This document shows positions 1 through 12,785 of a stretch of 64,000 nucleotides of DNA, in pieces. Source of the stretch: Centroscyllium fabricii (Eukaryota). The DNA lies in NCBI GenBank assembly GCA_051313645.2, contig JBNRSN020000357.1:248001-312000 (forward strand). Reading direction: 5' to 3'. The translations under genes were made by a program, and so were the position numbers. The notes under the pieces were generated by a model. That model saw nothing but the letters and a program-made list of their open reading frames with translations, did no database searches and was not told where the DNA came from. How positions within the stretch are numbered: the stretch's first letter is position 1; the number at the start of each line of letters is the position of its first letter.

Positions 1-3000
1 ACCAAAGGGGACGAGAAGGGATCAAAGGGGACAAAGGGGATGGAGGGGACGAGAGGGGACAAGAGGGGACCAAAGGGGATGAGAAGGGACCAAAGGGGAT
101 GAGAGGGGGTGAAAGGGGATGAGAGGGGGCAAGAGGGGATGAGAGGGGAAAGAGGGTACCAAAGGGGACAAGAGGGGCCAAAGGGGACGAGAGGGGACGA
201 AGGGAATGAGAGGGGACAACAGGGGATGAGTGGGGACAAAGGGGAGGAGAGGGGACAAGAGGGGGCAAAGGCGACGCAAGGGGACAAAGGGGAGGAGAGG
301 GGATGATAGGGGACGAGAGGGGACCAAAGGGGATGGGAGAGAACAAGAGGTGATGAGAGGGGACAAGAGGCGACCAAAGGGGACAACAGGGGGACAAGAG
401 GGGACGAGAGGGGATGAGAAGGGACAAAGGGGATGAGAGGGGATAAGAGAGGACAAGAGGGGCCAAAGGGGATTAGAGGGGATAACGCGAATGAGAGGGG
501 ATGAGAGGGAACAAGGCGGGACCAAAGGGGATGAGAGGGAACGAGAGGGGACAAGAGGGGACAAAGGGGATGAGAGGGGGTGAAAGGAGATGAGTGGGGA
601 CAAATGGGGATGAGAGGGGACAAAGGAGATGAGATGGGATGAGAGGGGACAAGAGCAGACCAAAGGGGATGAGAGGGGATGAGAGGGGAACAAAGGGGAT
701 GAGAGGGGATGAAAGAGGACAAAGGGGGCGAGAGGGGACAGAGGGGATGAGGGGGGACAATTGGGGATAAAGGGGATGAGAGGGTACAAGAGGGGACAAG
801 AGGGGACGAGAGGGGACCAAAGGGGACCAGAGGGGACAAGAGGGTACAAGAGGGGATGAGAGGGGACAAAGCGGATGAGAGGGGACGAGAGGGGATGAGA
901 GGGGACAAAGAGGATGAGAGGGGACAAGAGGGGACCAAAGGGAATGAGAGGGGAGAAGAGGGGACAAAGGGGACGAGAGGGGACGAAAGAGGATGAGGGG
1001 AAGAAAGGGGACGAGAGGGGACAAGAGGGGACCAAAGTGGATGAGAGGGGACGAGAGGGGCCAAAGGGGATGAGAGGGGACAAAGTGGGGATGAGGGGGG
1101 TGAAAGGGGATGAGAGGGGACAAGAGGGGAAGAGAGGGGACAAAGGGGATGAGAGGGGACAAAGGGGACGAGAGGGGCAAGAGGGGACAAAGAAGATGAG
1201 AGGGGGTGAAAGGGGACAAAGGGGATGAGAGGGGACAAAGGGGATGAAAGGGGACAAGAGGGGACAAAGGGGATGAAAGGGGACAAGAGGGGCTGAGAGG
1301 GGCTGAGAGGGGCCAAAGGGGATGAAAGGGGACAAGAGGGGACAAAGGGGATGAAAGGGGACAAGAGGGGACAAAGGGGATGAAAGGGGACAAGAGGGGA
1401 CGAGAGGGGCCAAAGGGGATGAGAGGGGACAAGAGGGGACAAAGGGGATGAGAGGGGACAAAGGGGACAAGAGGGGCAAGAGGGGCCAAAGGAGATGAGA
1501 GGGGGCGAAAGGGGACAAAGGGGAAGAGAGGGTACAAGAGAGAACTAAAGGGGATGAGAGAGGACAAAGAGGATGAGAGAGGACTAAAGGGGATGAGAGA
1601 GGACAAAGAGGATGAGAGGGGACAAGAGCGGACAAGAGGGGACCAAAGTGGATGAGAGGGGATGAGAGGGGACAAGTGGGGACAAGTGGGGACAAGTGGG
1701 GACAAAGGGGATGAGAGGGGACATGAGGGACGAGAGGGGACAAGCGGTGAAGAGAGGGGACAAGAGGGGACAAAGGGGACGAGAGGGGACTAAAGGGGAT
1801 GAGAGGGGACAACAGGGACGAGAGGGGATGAGAGGGGACAAAGGGGATGAGGGGTGATGAGAGGGGACGAGGGGATGAGCGGGGACAAGAGGGGACAAGA
1901 GTGGACCAAAGGGGACGAGAAGGGATCAAAGGGGACAAAGGGGATGGAGGGGACGAGAGGGGACAAGAGGGGACCAAAGGGGATGAGAAGGGACCAAAGG
2001 GGATGAGAGGGGGTGAAAGGGGATGAGAGGGGGCAAGAGGGGATGAGAGGGGAAAGAGGGGACCAAAGGGGACGAGAGGGGCCAAAGGGGACAAGAGGGG
2101 ACGAGAGGGGACGAAGGGAATGAGAGTGGATGAGAGGGGACAACGGGGCCGAGAGGGGCAAGAGGGGACAAAGGAAATGAGAGGGGGCGAAAGGGGACAG
2201 AGGGGACGAGAGGGGACGAAAGGGGAGCAAAGGGGATGAGAGTGGACAAGAGGGGCCAAAAGGGGACGAGAGGGGATGAGAGGGGACAAGAGAGGATGAG
2301 GGGTGATGAGAGGGGACAAGAGGGGATGAGAGGAGATGAGAGGGGCCAAAGGGGCTGAGAGGGGACAAAGGGGACGAGAGGGGCAAGAGGGAACAATGGA
2401 GATGAGAGGGGGCAAAACGGGACAAAGGGGATGAGAGGGTACAAGAGGGGACCAAAGGGGATGAGAGAGGACAAAGGGGATGAGAGGGGACAAGAGGGGA
2501 CCAAAGGGGATGAGAGGGGTTGAGAGGGGACAAGAGGGGACAAAGGGGATGATAGGGGACAAAGGGGATGAGAGGGAATGAGAGGGGAGAAGAGGGGATG
2601 AGAGGGGATGAGAGGGGACAACAGGGATGAGAGGGGATGAGAGGGGACATGAGGGGACGAGTGGGGATGAGAGGGGACAATGGGGACGAGGGGTGATGAG
2701 AGGGGACAAGAGGGGGTGAGCGGGGACAAGAGGGGACCAATGGGGATGAGAAGAAAAGATCAAAGGGGATGAGAGGGGGTGAAAGGGGATGAGAGGGGGC
2801 AAGAGGGGACAAGAGGGGACCAAAGGGGATGAGAGAGGACAAAGAGGATGAGAGGGGACGAGAGGGGACAAAGGGTACAAGAGGGGACGAGAGGGGATGA
2901 GAGGGGCCAAAGCGAATGAGAGTGGATGAGAGGGGACCAAAGGGGATGAGAGGGGACAAGAAGGGACAAAGGGGATGAGAGGGATAAGAGGGGACAAAGG

Positions 3001-5129
3001 GGATAAGAGGGGACAAAGCTGACGAGAGGGGACAAACGGATGCGAGGGGATGAGAGGTGACGAGAGGGGACAAAGGGGTCGAGAGGGGGGCAAAAGGGGA
3101 TGAGAGGGGACAAGAGGGGATGAGAGGGTACAAAGGGGATGAGAGGGGACGAGAGGGCAAGAGGGGACAAAGGAGATGAGAGGGGACAAGAGGGGATGAG
3201 AGGGTACAAAGGGGACAAGAGGAGACCGAAGGGGATGAGAGGGGCCCAAGGGGAGGAGAGGGGATGGGAGGGGGCGAAAGGGGATGAGAGGGGACAAAGG
3301 GGATGAGAGGGGGTAAGAGGGGACGAGAAGGGCCAAAGGGGATGAGAGGGGCTAACGCGGATGAGAGGGGATGAGAGGGGACAAGCCGGGACCAAAGGGG
3401 ACGAGAGGGAACGAGAGGGGACAAGCGGGGACAAAGGGGATGAGAGGGGACAAAGGGGATGAGATGGGATGAGAGGGGACAAGAGCGGACCAAAGGGGAT
3501 GAGAGGGGATGAGAGGGGAACAAAGGGGACGAGAGGGGGCGAGAGGGGATAGAGGGGATGAGGGGGGACAAGAGGGGTCAAAGGGGATGAGAGGGTACAA
3601 GAGGGGACGAGAGGGGACAAGAGGGGATGAAAGGGGACCAAAGCGGATGAGAGGGGATGAGAGGGGATGAGAGGGGACAAGAGGGGACCAAAGCTGATGA
3701 GAGGGGAAAAAGAGGATGAGAGGGGAGAAGAGGGGACAAAGGGGACGAGAGGGGGGTGAAAGGGGACGAGAGGGGGCAAAGGGGATGAGAAGGGACAAAG
3801 GGGATGAGAGGGGGTGAGAGTGGGCAAAAGGGGATGAGAGGGGACGAGAGGGGACAAAGGGGACGAAAGGGGACAAAGGGGACGAGAGGGAACAAGAGGG
3901 GATGAGAGGGGACAAAGGGGACGAGAGGGGCAAGAGAGGACAAAGGAGATGAGAGGGGGCGAAAGGGGACGAGAGGGGGCAAAGGGGATGAGAAGGGACA
4001 AAGGGGATGAGAAGGGATGAGAGGGGAGCAAATGGGATGAGAGGGGCCCAAAGGGAGGAGAGGGGATGAGAGGGGACAAAGCGGATGAAAGGGGACAAGA
4101 GGGCGCAAAGGGGACGCGAGGGGACAAAGGGGAGGAGAGGGGACAAGAGGGGTCAAAGGGGACGCGAGGGGACAAAGGGGAGAAGAGGGGACGATAGGGG
4201 ACCAAAGGGGATGGGAGAGAACAAGAGGTAATGAGAGGGGACCAAATTGGACAACAGGGGGACAACAGGGGACGAGAGGGGATAAAGGTGACGAGAGGGG
4301 ATGAGAGGGGATGAGCGGGAACAAAGGGGATGAGAGGGAACAAAGTCGATGAAGGGGGATAATAGGGGACGAGAGGGGCCAAAGGGGATGAGAGGGGACA
4401 AAGTGGATGAGAGGGGACAAGGCGGGACCAAAGGGGACGAGAGGGAATGAGAGGGGACAAGAGGGGACAAAGGGGATGAGAGGGGACAAAGGGGACGAGA
4501 GGGGACAAAGGGGCCGAGAGGGGACAAGAGGGGACGAGAGGGTACAAAGAGGATGAGAGGGGACAACAGGGGACAACGGGATGAGAGGGGACAAGAGGGG
4601 ATGAGAGGGGATGAGAGGGGATGAGAGGGGACAAAGCGGAGGAGAGGGGATGAGAGAGGACAAGAGGGGACCAAAGGTGATGAGGGGGAGAAGACGGGAC
4701 AAAGGGGACGAGAGGGGACAAAGGGGACGAGAGGGGCAAGAGAGGACAAAGGAGATGAGAGGGGGCAAAAGGGGACAAAGGGGATGAGAAGGGATGAGAG
4801 GGGGCAAAAGGGGACAAAGGGGATGAGAAGGGATGAGAGGGGAGCAAAGGGGATGAGAGGAGCCCAAAGGGAGGCGAGGGGACAAAAGGGGATGAGAGGG
4901 AACAAAGGGGTGAAAGGGGATGAGAGGGTGCAAAAGGGGACGAGAGGAGACAAAGGGGACGAGAGGGGATGAGAGGGGGTGAAAGGGGATGAGCGGGGAT
5001 GAGAGCGGTCAAAGGGGACGAGAGAGGACCAAAGGGGATGGGAGAGAGCAAGAGGTGATGAGAGGGGACAAGAGGAGACCAAAGGGGGCAACAGGGGGAC
5101 GAGAGGGGATAAAGGGGACGAGAGGGGAC
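1..5129 (+). repeat. Purine/G-rich 9-10 bp minisatellite array, block 1 (extends beyond the window start)
   Basis: Continuous variants of GAGGGGACAA / AGGGGATGA / GAGGGGACGA. The + strand is almost entirely G/A, with GGGG runs every 9-10 nt. Confidence 0.97.
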
Positions 5130-5595
5130 GAAAGCATACTGACAAGCTGCATCACAGTCTGGTATGGAAATTGCACCATCTCGGACCGGAAGACCATGCA
5201 GCGGGTAGTCAAAACTGCCCAACGAATCACCGGTACCCAGCTACCATCAATTGATAGCATCTACCTCAAACGCTGCCTACGGAGGTCTCTGAACATTATT
5301 AAAGACCGCACACACCCCAGCCACAGTCTGTTCGCCCCCCTGCCCTCCGGGAGACACTACAGATCAATTCGCACCCGCACGACTAGGTTTAAGAACAGCT
5401 TCTTCCCCAGGGCTGTCAGCCTCCTGAACTCTAAAAATATACTCCAGTACCTGCACACCTGAAAATGTACTTTACTGTATGCAATTTGCATGTAATTTAT
5501 TTGCACTACTCTCTGGAGCTTCGAGTCTTCGTCTCATTGTATTGTACTAGTACTCTGCAATGACAATAAAAATTTAATTGAATTGAATTGAATTG
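5130..5595 (+). mobile_element. 5'-truncated Rex1/Babar-type LINE (RT C-terminus, 3'UTR and (AATTG)n tail) inserted in the array
   Basis: Translation ESILTSCITVWYGNC...HPSHSLFAPLPSGRHYRSIRTRTTRFKNSFFPRAVSLLN is typical of the Rex1-clade RT C-terminus. It ends in AATAAA and an AATTG repeat tail. A second copy lies at 29605-30036. Confidence 0.85.
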
Positions 5596-6895
5596 AGGGG
5601 ATGAGAGGGAACAAAGGGGATGAGAGGGGATAAAGGGGACGAGAGGGGCCAAAGGGGATGAGAGGGAACAAAGCGGATGAGAGGGGATGAGAGGGGATGA
5701 GAGGGGACAAGGCGGGACCAAAGGGGATGAGAGGGAACGAGAGGGGACAAGAGGGGACAAAGGGGATGAGAGGGGGCGAAAGGGGACGAGTGGGGACAAA
5801 TGGGGATGAGAGGGGACAGAGGGCATGAAAGGGGATGAGGGGGGACAAAGGGGATGAGAAGGGATAAAGGGGATGAGAGGGGACGAGACGGGATGAGAGG
5901 GGACAACAGGGGAAGAGAGGGGATGAGAGGGGACAAAGGGACACGAGGGGACCAAAGGGGATGAGAGGGGACCAAAGGGGATGGGAGAGAACAAGAGGTG
6001 ATGAGAGGGGCCAAGAGGCGACCAAAGGGGACAACAGGGGGACGAGAGGGGATAAAGGGGACGAGAGGGGATGAGAGGGAACAAAGGGGATGAGAGGGGA
6101 TAATAGGGGATGAGAGGGGACAAAGCGGATGAGAGGGGATAAGAGGGGATGAGAGGGGACAAGGTGGGACCAAAGGGGACAAGAGGGGACAAAGGGGATG
6201 AGAGAGGGCGAAAGGGGACGAGTGGGGACAAATGGGGATGAGAGGGGACAAAGGGGACGAGAGGGATGAGAGGGAATGAGAGCGGACAAGAGCGGACCAA
6301 AGGGGATGCGAGGGGATGAGAGGGGAACAAAGTGAACGAGAGGGGATGAAAGAGGACAAAGGGGACGAGAGGGGACAGAGGGGATAAGAGGGGACGAGAG
6401 GGGACAAAGGGGCTGAGAGGGGACAAAGAGGACAAGAGGGGATAAAGAGGATGAGAGGGGTCAAATGGTCAAAGGGGATAAGAGCAGACGAAGGGCACAA
6501 AGGGGGCGAGAGGGGACGAGAGGGGACAAAGGGGATGAGACGGGACAAAGGGGATGAGTGGTGATGAGAGGGGACCAAAGGGGATGAGAGGGGACCAAAG
6601 GGGATGAGAGGGGATGAGAGGGGACCAAAGGGGATGAAAGGGGATGAGAGGGGACAAAGGGGACGAGAGGGGACCAAAGGGGATGAGAGGGGACAAGAGG
6701 GGACAAAGGGGATGAAAGGGACGAGAGTGGACAAAGGGGACGAGACGGGACAAAGGGGATGAGTGGAGACGAGAGGGGATGAGAGGGGACGAGAGGGGAA
6801 CAAAGGGGATGAGAGGGGACAAAGGGGATGAGGGGGGATGAAAGGGGACGAAAGGGGATGAGAGGGGCCGAAAGGGGTCAAAGGGGACGAGAGGG
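5596..6895 (+). repeat. Purine/G-rich minisatellite array, block 2
   Basis: Same GAGGGGACAA/AGGGGATGA units as block 1. Confidence 0.96.
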
Positions 6896-9800
6896 TGTAG
6901 TGTGTTCAACACTTTGAGACTGAGACAGGATTGTGTGTGTGTTCAGCCATTGCTCGAGCCATTGCTCGAGGCCTTGCTCAATCTGGTCTCACTTCCTGTT
7001 AACCCTCTGTTGCCCCCTACTGGGCAGAGGGTAACTATCACCACATCTCCCTTTCTAAACATACTTTGAAAACTATTCCTTTACTGTTAACATTTTCAAA
7101 TCATTACTTCTTGACAGTGCTTAAGAAATAACAAACTCTAACAAACATCATAACAACTCTAACAAATATAACATCTCTAATGCATCTCTCTTTCCTTTTT
7201 TAAAAAAAACAAAAAATGCAAGCAGAGTAAGCTTGGAGGGACAAGGCGACTGCCTGAACCCTCCACCAAGTACCTCTGGTATTATTCTGACCCAATGAGG
7301 TGTCTTGGTTCTTAAGCTATTCATGTTTCAAAGTCCTGGAGGTATGAAGGAGGCTTGCGGACCCTTTCAGGGTATCGTCTGGAACCCGATTGAGGGGTAT
7401 CCCCTGTAGGTGGGGGAGTTCCAGGACCCGCATCCCCATTGTAGTCATCGGGAATGGAAGGCTCATCAGCGTCAGGGGGCTGCTATGTAAGTGTGAGGTG
7501 TCTGCGGTTCCTGCGAACAATCTGGCCCTGGATATCAACCAGATATGATCTTGGGGCATTTGCCTGTCCTTGCACAATGCCTCTTGTGCGGGAGTCCTGT
7601 ATCCACACATGGTCACCTGGAAGGAGTGGACACAAGGGCATAGCTCTGTGGCACCTGTTCAAGTTGGCCTGTTGTCTTAGTTTAGATTGTTTTTCCTTGT
7701 CTGTAAAATTCTGGAGGTTGGGCCAGCCTGGGGTCAGGAGTGATGGCATAGTTGGCACGGTTGTACGAAGTTTCCTGCCTTGTAGCAACTCAGCAGGGCT
7801 GAATCTGCTAGAAAGAGGTGTGCAGCGGTATGCAAGGAGTGCCCTGTATGGGTCAGGTGACTTTTTAAAAAGATGTTTGGCTGTCTGGACAGCGCGCTCG
7901 GCAGCCCCATTGCTTTGAGGATACAGAGGGCTGGATGTGACATGGGTGAAGTCCCATCTGTCGGCAAATGAGCAAAAGGTGACCGAGGCAAATTGGGGGC
8001 CATTATCTGTTCAGACCAGCAGTGGGACCCCTAGGTGGGCAAAGCAGGATTTCATACACTCAATGACTGCATGTGAGGTGGTGGAGGAAAGTTTGATAAC
8101 TTCAATGAACTTAGAGAAGTAGTCAAACATTACCAGGTAAGTTGAGTTATCCAAATGAAATAGATCAGCCCCAACCTTCTGCCATGGGCCCTCAGGGGTG
8201 TCATCTGGAATCAATGGCTCTGGTGGTTGTTGTCTCATTTGGGCACAGTTTGGGCACTGTTGTACTTTACGTTGTAGTTGACCGCTTAATCCAGGCCACC
8301 AGACAGAACACCTGGCTCGTGCTCTGCATTTTGTGATCCCTTGATGGCCATCATGCCATTTGTCCAGAATGTCTTTCTGCATTGATGCTGGAATGACCAA
8401 CCGGCACCCTTGTAGCAGCAATCCTTGTGCAATAGTGAGGTCACCTGAAACAGCCGCGTAAGGTCTAAAAGCGTTGTCAAGTTTTGCATCATCTGGCCAG
8501 CCCTCACAGCAGTATGTGAAGACCTGACGAAGTAGTTCATCCGTTTCCTGTCCGTGATGAAGTGCAGCCAGGCGTTTCTCAGTAATGGGCAGTGCAGTGA
8601 GTATTGAGTGTACATAATTCTCCATGCACTGCACCTCAGAGGAATCATCCACCAGCGGCTGGTAGGGAGCTTTGGAGAGGACGTCGGCAGTTGCTAGGCT
8701 CTTTCCTGGCACATGTGATTTGGTGAAGTGAAAGTGCATGAGTCACATCCGAAAGTGCTGAATGCGGGGGGGACAACTCGTCCAGGTTTTTAGATCCCAA
8801 TAGTGTAAGGAGGGGCTTGTGATCTGTTTTGACCTGGAATGTCATACCAATTAGAAAGTCTCTATAGCGCTCACACGCCCATGTAATGGCCAAGGCCTCT
8901 TTTTCAATCTGCGCATAGCGCTGCTCTGTTTTTGAAAGGGCTCGTGAAGCATAGGCTACAGGGCGCCAGTCAGTGTCAGGTCTCTTTTGTAAAAGGACTG
9001 CACCCAAGCTAAACGATGAGGCATTAGCTGACACTTTAGTGAGTGTATTGGGGTCATACAGTGCAAGGCCTGGCGGGGTAGTTAGCTCCGTCTTTATCTC
9101 AGTGAAAGCTTGGGACTGCTGGGGTCCCCAGTACCATGAGGTCTGCCTGTTGAGGAGGTCCCGGAGTGGCTTGGTTTTATCGGCTAGCTGGGGTATGTAT
9201 TTGCCCAAGTGATTGACCAGGCCCATGATGCTGCGTATTTCAGATACATTCCTTGGCGCGGCCATGTGTGTGAGGGCCTTGACTTTGTCAGGATCTGCTC
9301 TGACACCGGTCCCGTCGATGACCTGGCCGAGAAATTTCACCTGTGTTTTGGCAAATTCACATTTGGAGTTAAGAGTAAGTCCAGCTTGCTGTAGTCTACT
9401 GAGAATTGTAAACAGTCGCTGATCGTGCTGTTCTTGGGTTGCGCCAAACACCAACACATCATCCATTTGGCATAAGACACCATCAAGTCCCTCAAGGAGG
9501 CGGGACATGCGGCGCTGGAAATGCTCAGGGGCGGAGGATATTCCAAAGGGCAGTCTGTGGAAACAGTAACGTCCAAATGGCGTGATGAACGTGGTAAGAT
9601 GTTTTGACTCCTCTGTCAAGGGTATTTGCCAGAAACCAGATTGAACATCAAGCTTTGTAAAAACCTTTGCATCTTTCAGCTGCCCCAGAGTGTGCTCTAC
9701 ACAGGGTAAGAGATGCAGCTCTCTACAGACACTTTCATTGAGTTTTGTTAGGTCTACACAGATTCTGAGTTTTCCGTTGGGTTTTGGGACTACGACCATT

Positions 9801-10960
9801 CTGGAGCACCAGGCTGTGGGTTCCTCAACTCTTGCAATTATCCACAGTTGCTCCACGTGCGTTAGTTCCTCCTTAACTTTGGTCATAAGGGGGAGTGAGA
9901 CACGTCGGGGTGTAGAGAGAGCAAAATGTTTGGCCTCTGGCTTGAGGCGAATGTGATACTCCTCTTGCAGTCACACAATGCCTTGAAACAGTCTGGGGAA
10001 CCGCTGTCTGACCTCCCGTTCGAGATCCGCAAATACTGTCTCTGCTACTTGTGGGTCCAACCTGGACACCAGATGCAGGAAAATGATGGCGGGGCGACCA
10101 AGGAGCGCTGTCCGTAGACCGCGTACCACATACACAACCTGCTTTGTAGACCGTGGACTACGGGTCAAGGTAGCTGAAAATTTTCTTCTGACATTCAACG
10201 GGACTTCACCAGGCCCCTGAAGAATCTTAGAGGTGCTCTGAAGAGCCTCTAGACCTAGGTCGTTGTAGAGACACTCCGGGATAACAGTGACATCAGCCCC
10301 TGTATCAATTTTGAATTCAGTCATGTGGCCACACAGGCTTAGGGTGATGGTCCACGGCTGGTCCTGCCTATTTCCAATTGACCCCAGGAACGCTATCTCA
10401 TTGTCGTCTTCCTCTGATATTTCAGCAACCGCAGGTGTGGATCGGCAAACTGCAGCAAAAAAAACCTTTTTCTGGCAATTCCTGCAGCTAACATCTTTGG
10501 CTAGACAGATTTGTCTATTGTCTGTACTCCAGCCACACCATCTGCAAACCCGCTTTTGAGCTTGGAAATGTGTTCCAGTTTGAGTTCCAGTGCGAGGCCT
10601 CTGTACATATTCACGTAAGTCAGTCTGTCTTGATTTGGTTGAAAAATGTTTTTGGGGACCCGCTTGTTGGGTGGCACTTATGGTTTCAATGGACTCCTCC
10701 TCCTCATTACTATCTTTCTGAAGCATTGATTGTTGTTTCTTTATTGTTTCACTTTGGAAAACCTGTGTTTTTGCTTTGTCAACTGTGAGGTCTGGATCCA
10801 TCTGTAATTTTCCAGAGAGTTTAAGATCCCTTAGTCCAACAACCAATCTGTCATGAATTGTGTGTGTGTTCAGCCATTGCTCGAGGCCTTGTTTAATCTG
10901 GTCTCACTTACTGTTAACCCTCTGTTGCTCCCTACTGGGCAGAGGGTAACTATCACCACA
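6896..10960 (-). mobile_element. Ty3/Gypsy LTR retrotransposon A (decayed; internal deletion of 5'LTR end, PBS and gag N-terminus)
   Basis: 3'LTR 6896-7045 (TG...CA) with adjacent PPT AGAAAGGGAGA (7046-7056); partial 5'LTR 10857-10960. Gag/protease FKIDTGAD (9971-10846), RT QMDD plus RNase H (8645-9886) and integrase HHCC/core (about 7480-8740) are in PR-RT-RH-IN order and broken by frameshifts and stops. GAGGG flanks both ends. Confidence 0.93.
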
Positions 10961-12785
10961 GAGGGGACAAAGGGGACAAAGGGGACAAGAGGGGACAAAG
11001 GGGATGAGAGGGGCCGAGAGGGGACAAAGGGGCCGATAGGGGACAAAGGGAACAAGAGGAGATGAGAGGGGCCGAGAGGGGACAAAGGGGCCAAGAGGGG
11101 ACAAAGGGGATGAGGGGAACGAGAGGGGACGAGAGGGGATGAGAGGGGACGAGAGGGGACAAAGGAGATGAGAGGAGATGAGAGGGGTCAAAGGGTCAAA
11201 GGGGATGAGAGTAGACGAAGGGGACGAGAGGGGACAAAGGGGACAAAGGGGACGAGACGGGACAAAGGGGACGAGACTATCAAAGGGGATGAGTGGAGAC
11301 GCGAGGGGATCAAAGGGGATGAGATGGGACAAGAGGGGATAAAAGGGATGAGAGGGGACCAAAGGGGATGAAAGGGGATGAGAGGGGCCGAAAGGGGACA
11401 AAGGGGATGAGAGGGGACAAAGGGGACAAGAGGGGACAAAAGGGGATGAGAGGGGCCGAGAGGGGCTGAAAGGGGACAAAGGGGCCGAGAGGGGACAGAG
11501 GGGCCGAGAGGGAACAAAGGGGACGAGAGGGGACAAAGGGGCCGAGAGGGGCCGAGAGGGGACATAGGAGCCGAGAGGGGCCAAAGGGGCCGAGAGGGGA
11601 CAAAGGGACTGAGAGGGGACAAAGGGGCCGAGAGGGGCCGAGAGGGGCCGAGAGCGGACAAAGGGGCTGAGAGGGGCCGAGAGGGGACAAAGGGGCCAAG
11701 AGGGGACATAGGGGCCGAGAGGGGCCGAGAGGGGACAAAGGGGCCGAGAGGGGACATAGGGGCCGAGAGGGGCCGAGAGGGGACAAAGGGGCCGAGAGGG
11801 GACATAGGGGCTGAGAGGGGACGAAGGGGCCGAGAGGGGCCAAGAGGGGACAAAGGGGCCGAGAGGGGACAAAGGGGCTGAGAGGGGACAAAGGGGCCGA
11901 GAGGGGACAAAAGGGTGAAAATGGGGCTGAGAAGGGACAAAGCAGATGAGAGGGAGCGAAAGGGGATGAGGGGAGAAAGGGGACGAGAGGGGCCGAGAGG
12001 GGCCGAAAGGGGACAAAGGGACTGAGAGGGGAAATAGGGGCCAAGAGGGGACATAGGGGCCGAGATGGGACAAAGGGGCCGAGAGGGGACAAAGGGGCCG
12101 AGAGGGGACAATAGGGCAAAAATGGGGCTGAGAAGGGGCAAAGCAGATGAGAGGGAGCGAAAGCGGATGAGGGGAGAAAGGGGATGAGAGTGGACAAAGG
12201 GTCAAAGGAGATGGGAGGGGACGAGAGGGGATAAAGGGGACAAGAGAGGTCAAAGGAGCTAAAGGGGATGAGAGGGGACAAAGAGGATGAAAGGGGAGAA
12301 AGAGGATGAGAGGGGGAAAAGGGACAAAGTGGGTGAGGGGGACGAGAGGGGACAAAGAGGTCAAGAGGGGACAAAGGGGATGACAAAGGGGACTCGGCGG
12401 ACAAGAGGGAATAAAGGGGATGAGAGGGGAAAAAGGCACAAAGGGTGCGAGGGGGACGAGAGGGGACAAAGGGGATGAGAAGGGACAAAGGGGACGAGAG
12501 GAGGCAAAGAGTCTAAAAGGGGACAAAAGGGGTGAGAGGGGGAAAAGGGTCAAAGGGGACGAGAGGGGACAAAGGGGTTGAGGGGTGACAAATGGGACAA
12601 AGGGGACAAGAGGAGACAAAGGGGCAAAAGGGGACAAAGGGGACACGGGACAAGAGGGGACAAGAGGGGACAAAGGGGATGAGAGGGGGAAAGGGGACAA
12701 AAGTGCGAGGGGACGAGAGGGGACAAAGGGGATGAGAGGGGACAAAGGGGACTAGAGGGGACAAAGGTTCAAAGGGGATAAGAGG
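10961..12785 (+). repeat. Purine/G-rich minisatellite array, block 3 (GAGGGGCC-variant subdomain at ~11450-12110)
   Basis: Same core units with a locally amplified GGGGCCGAGA variant. Confidence 0.96.

Noticed and set aside
4989-5462. 157-aa ORF as a satellite-RT fusion gene
   Set aside because: Chance in-frame junction of satellite and a 5'-truncated Rex1 fragment that lacks the RT catalytic core.
6891-10965. GAGGG flanks as evidence of target-site specificity of element A
   Set aside because: GAGGG occurs every ~10 nt in the array, so the TSD is uninformative.
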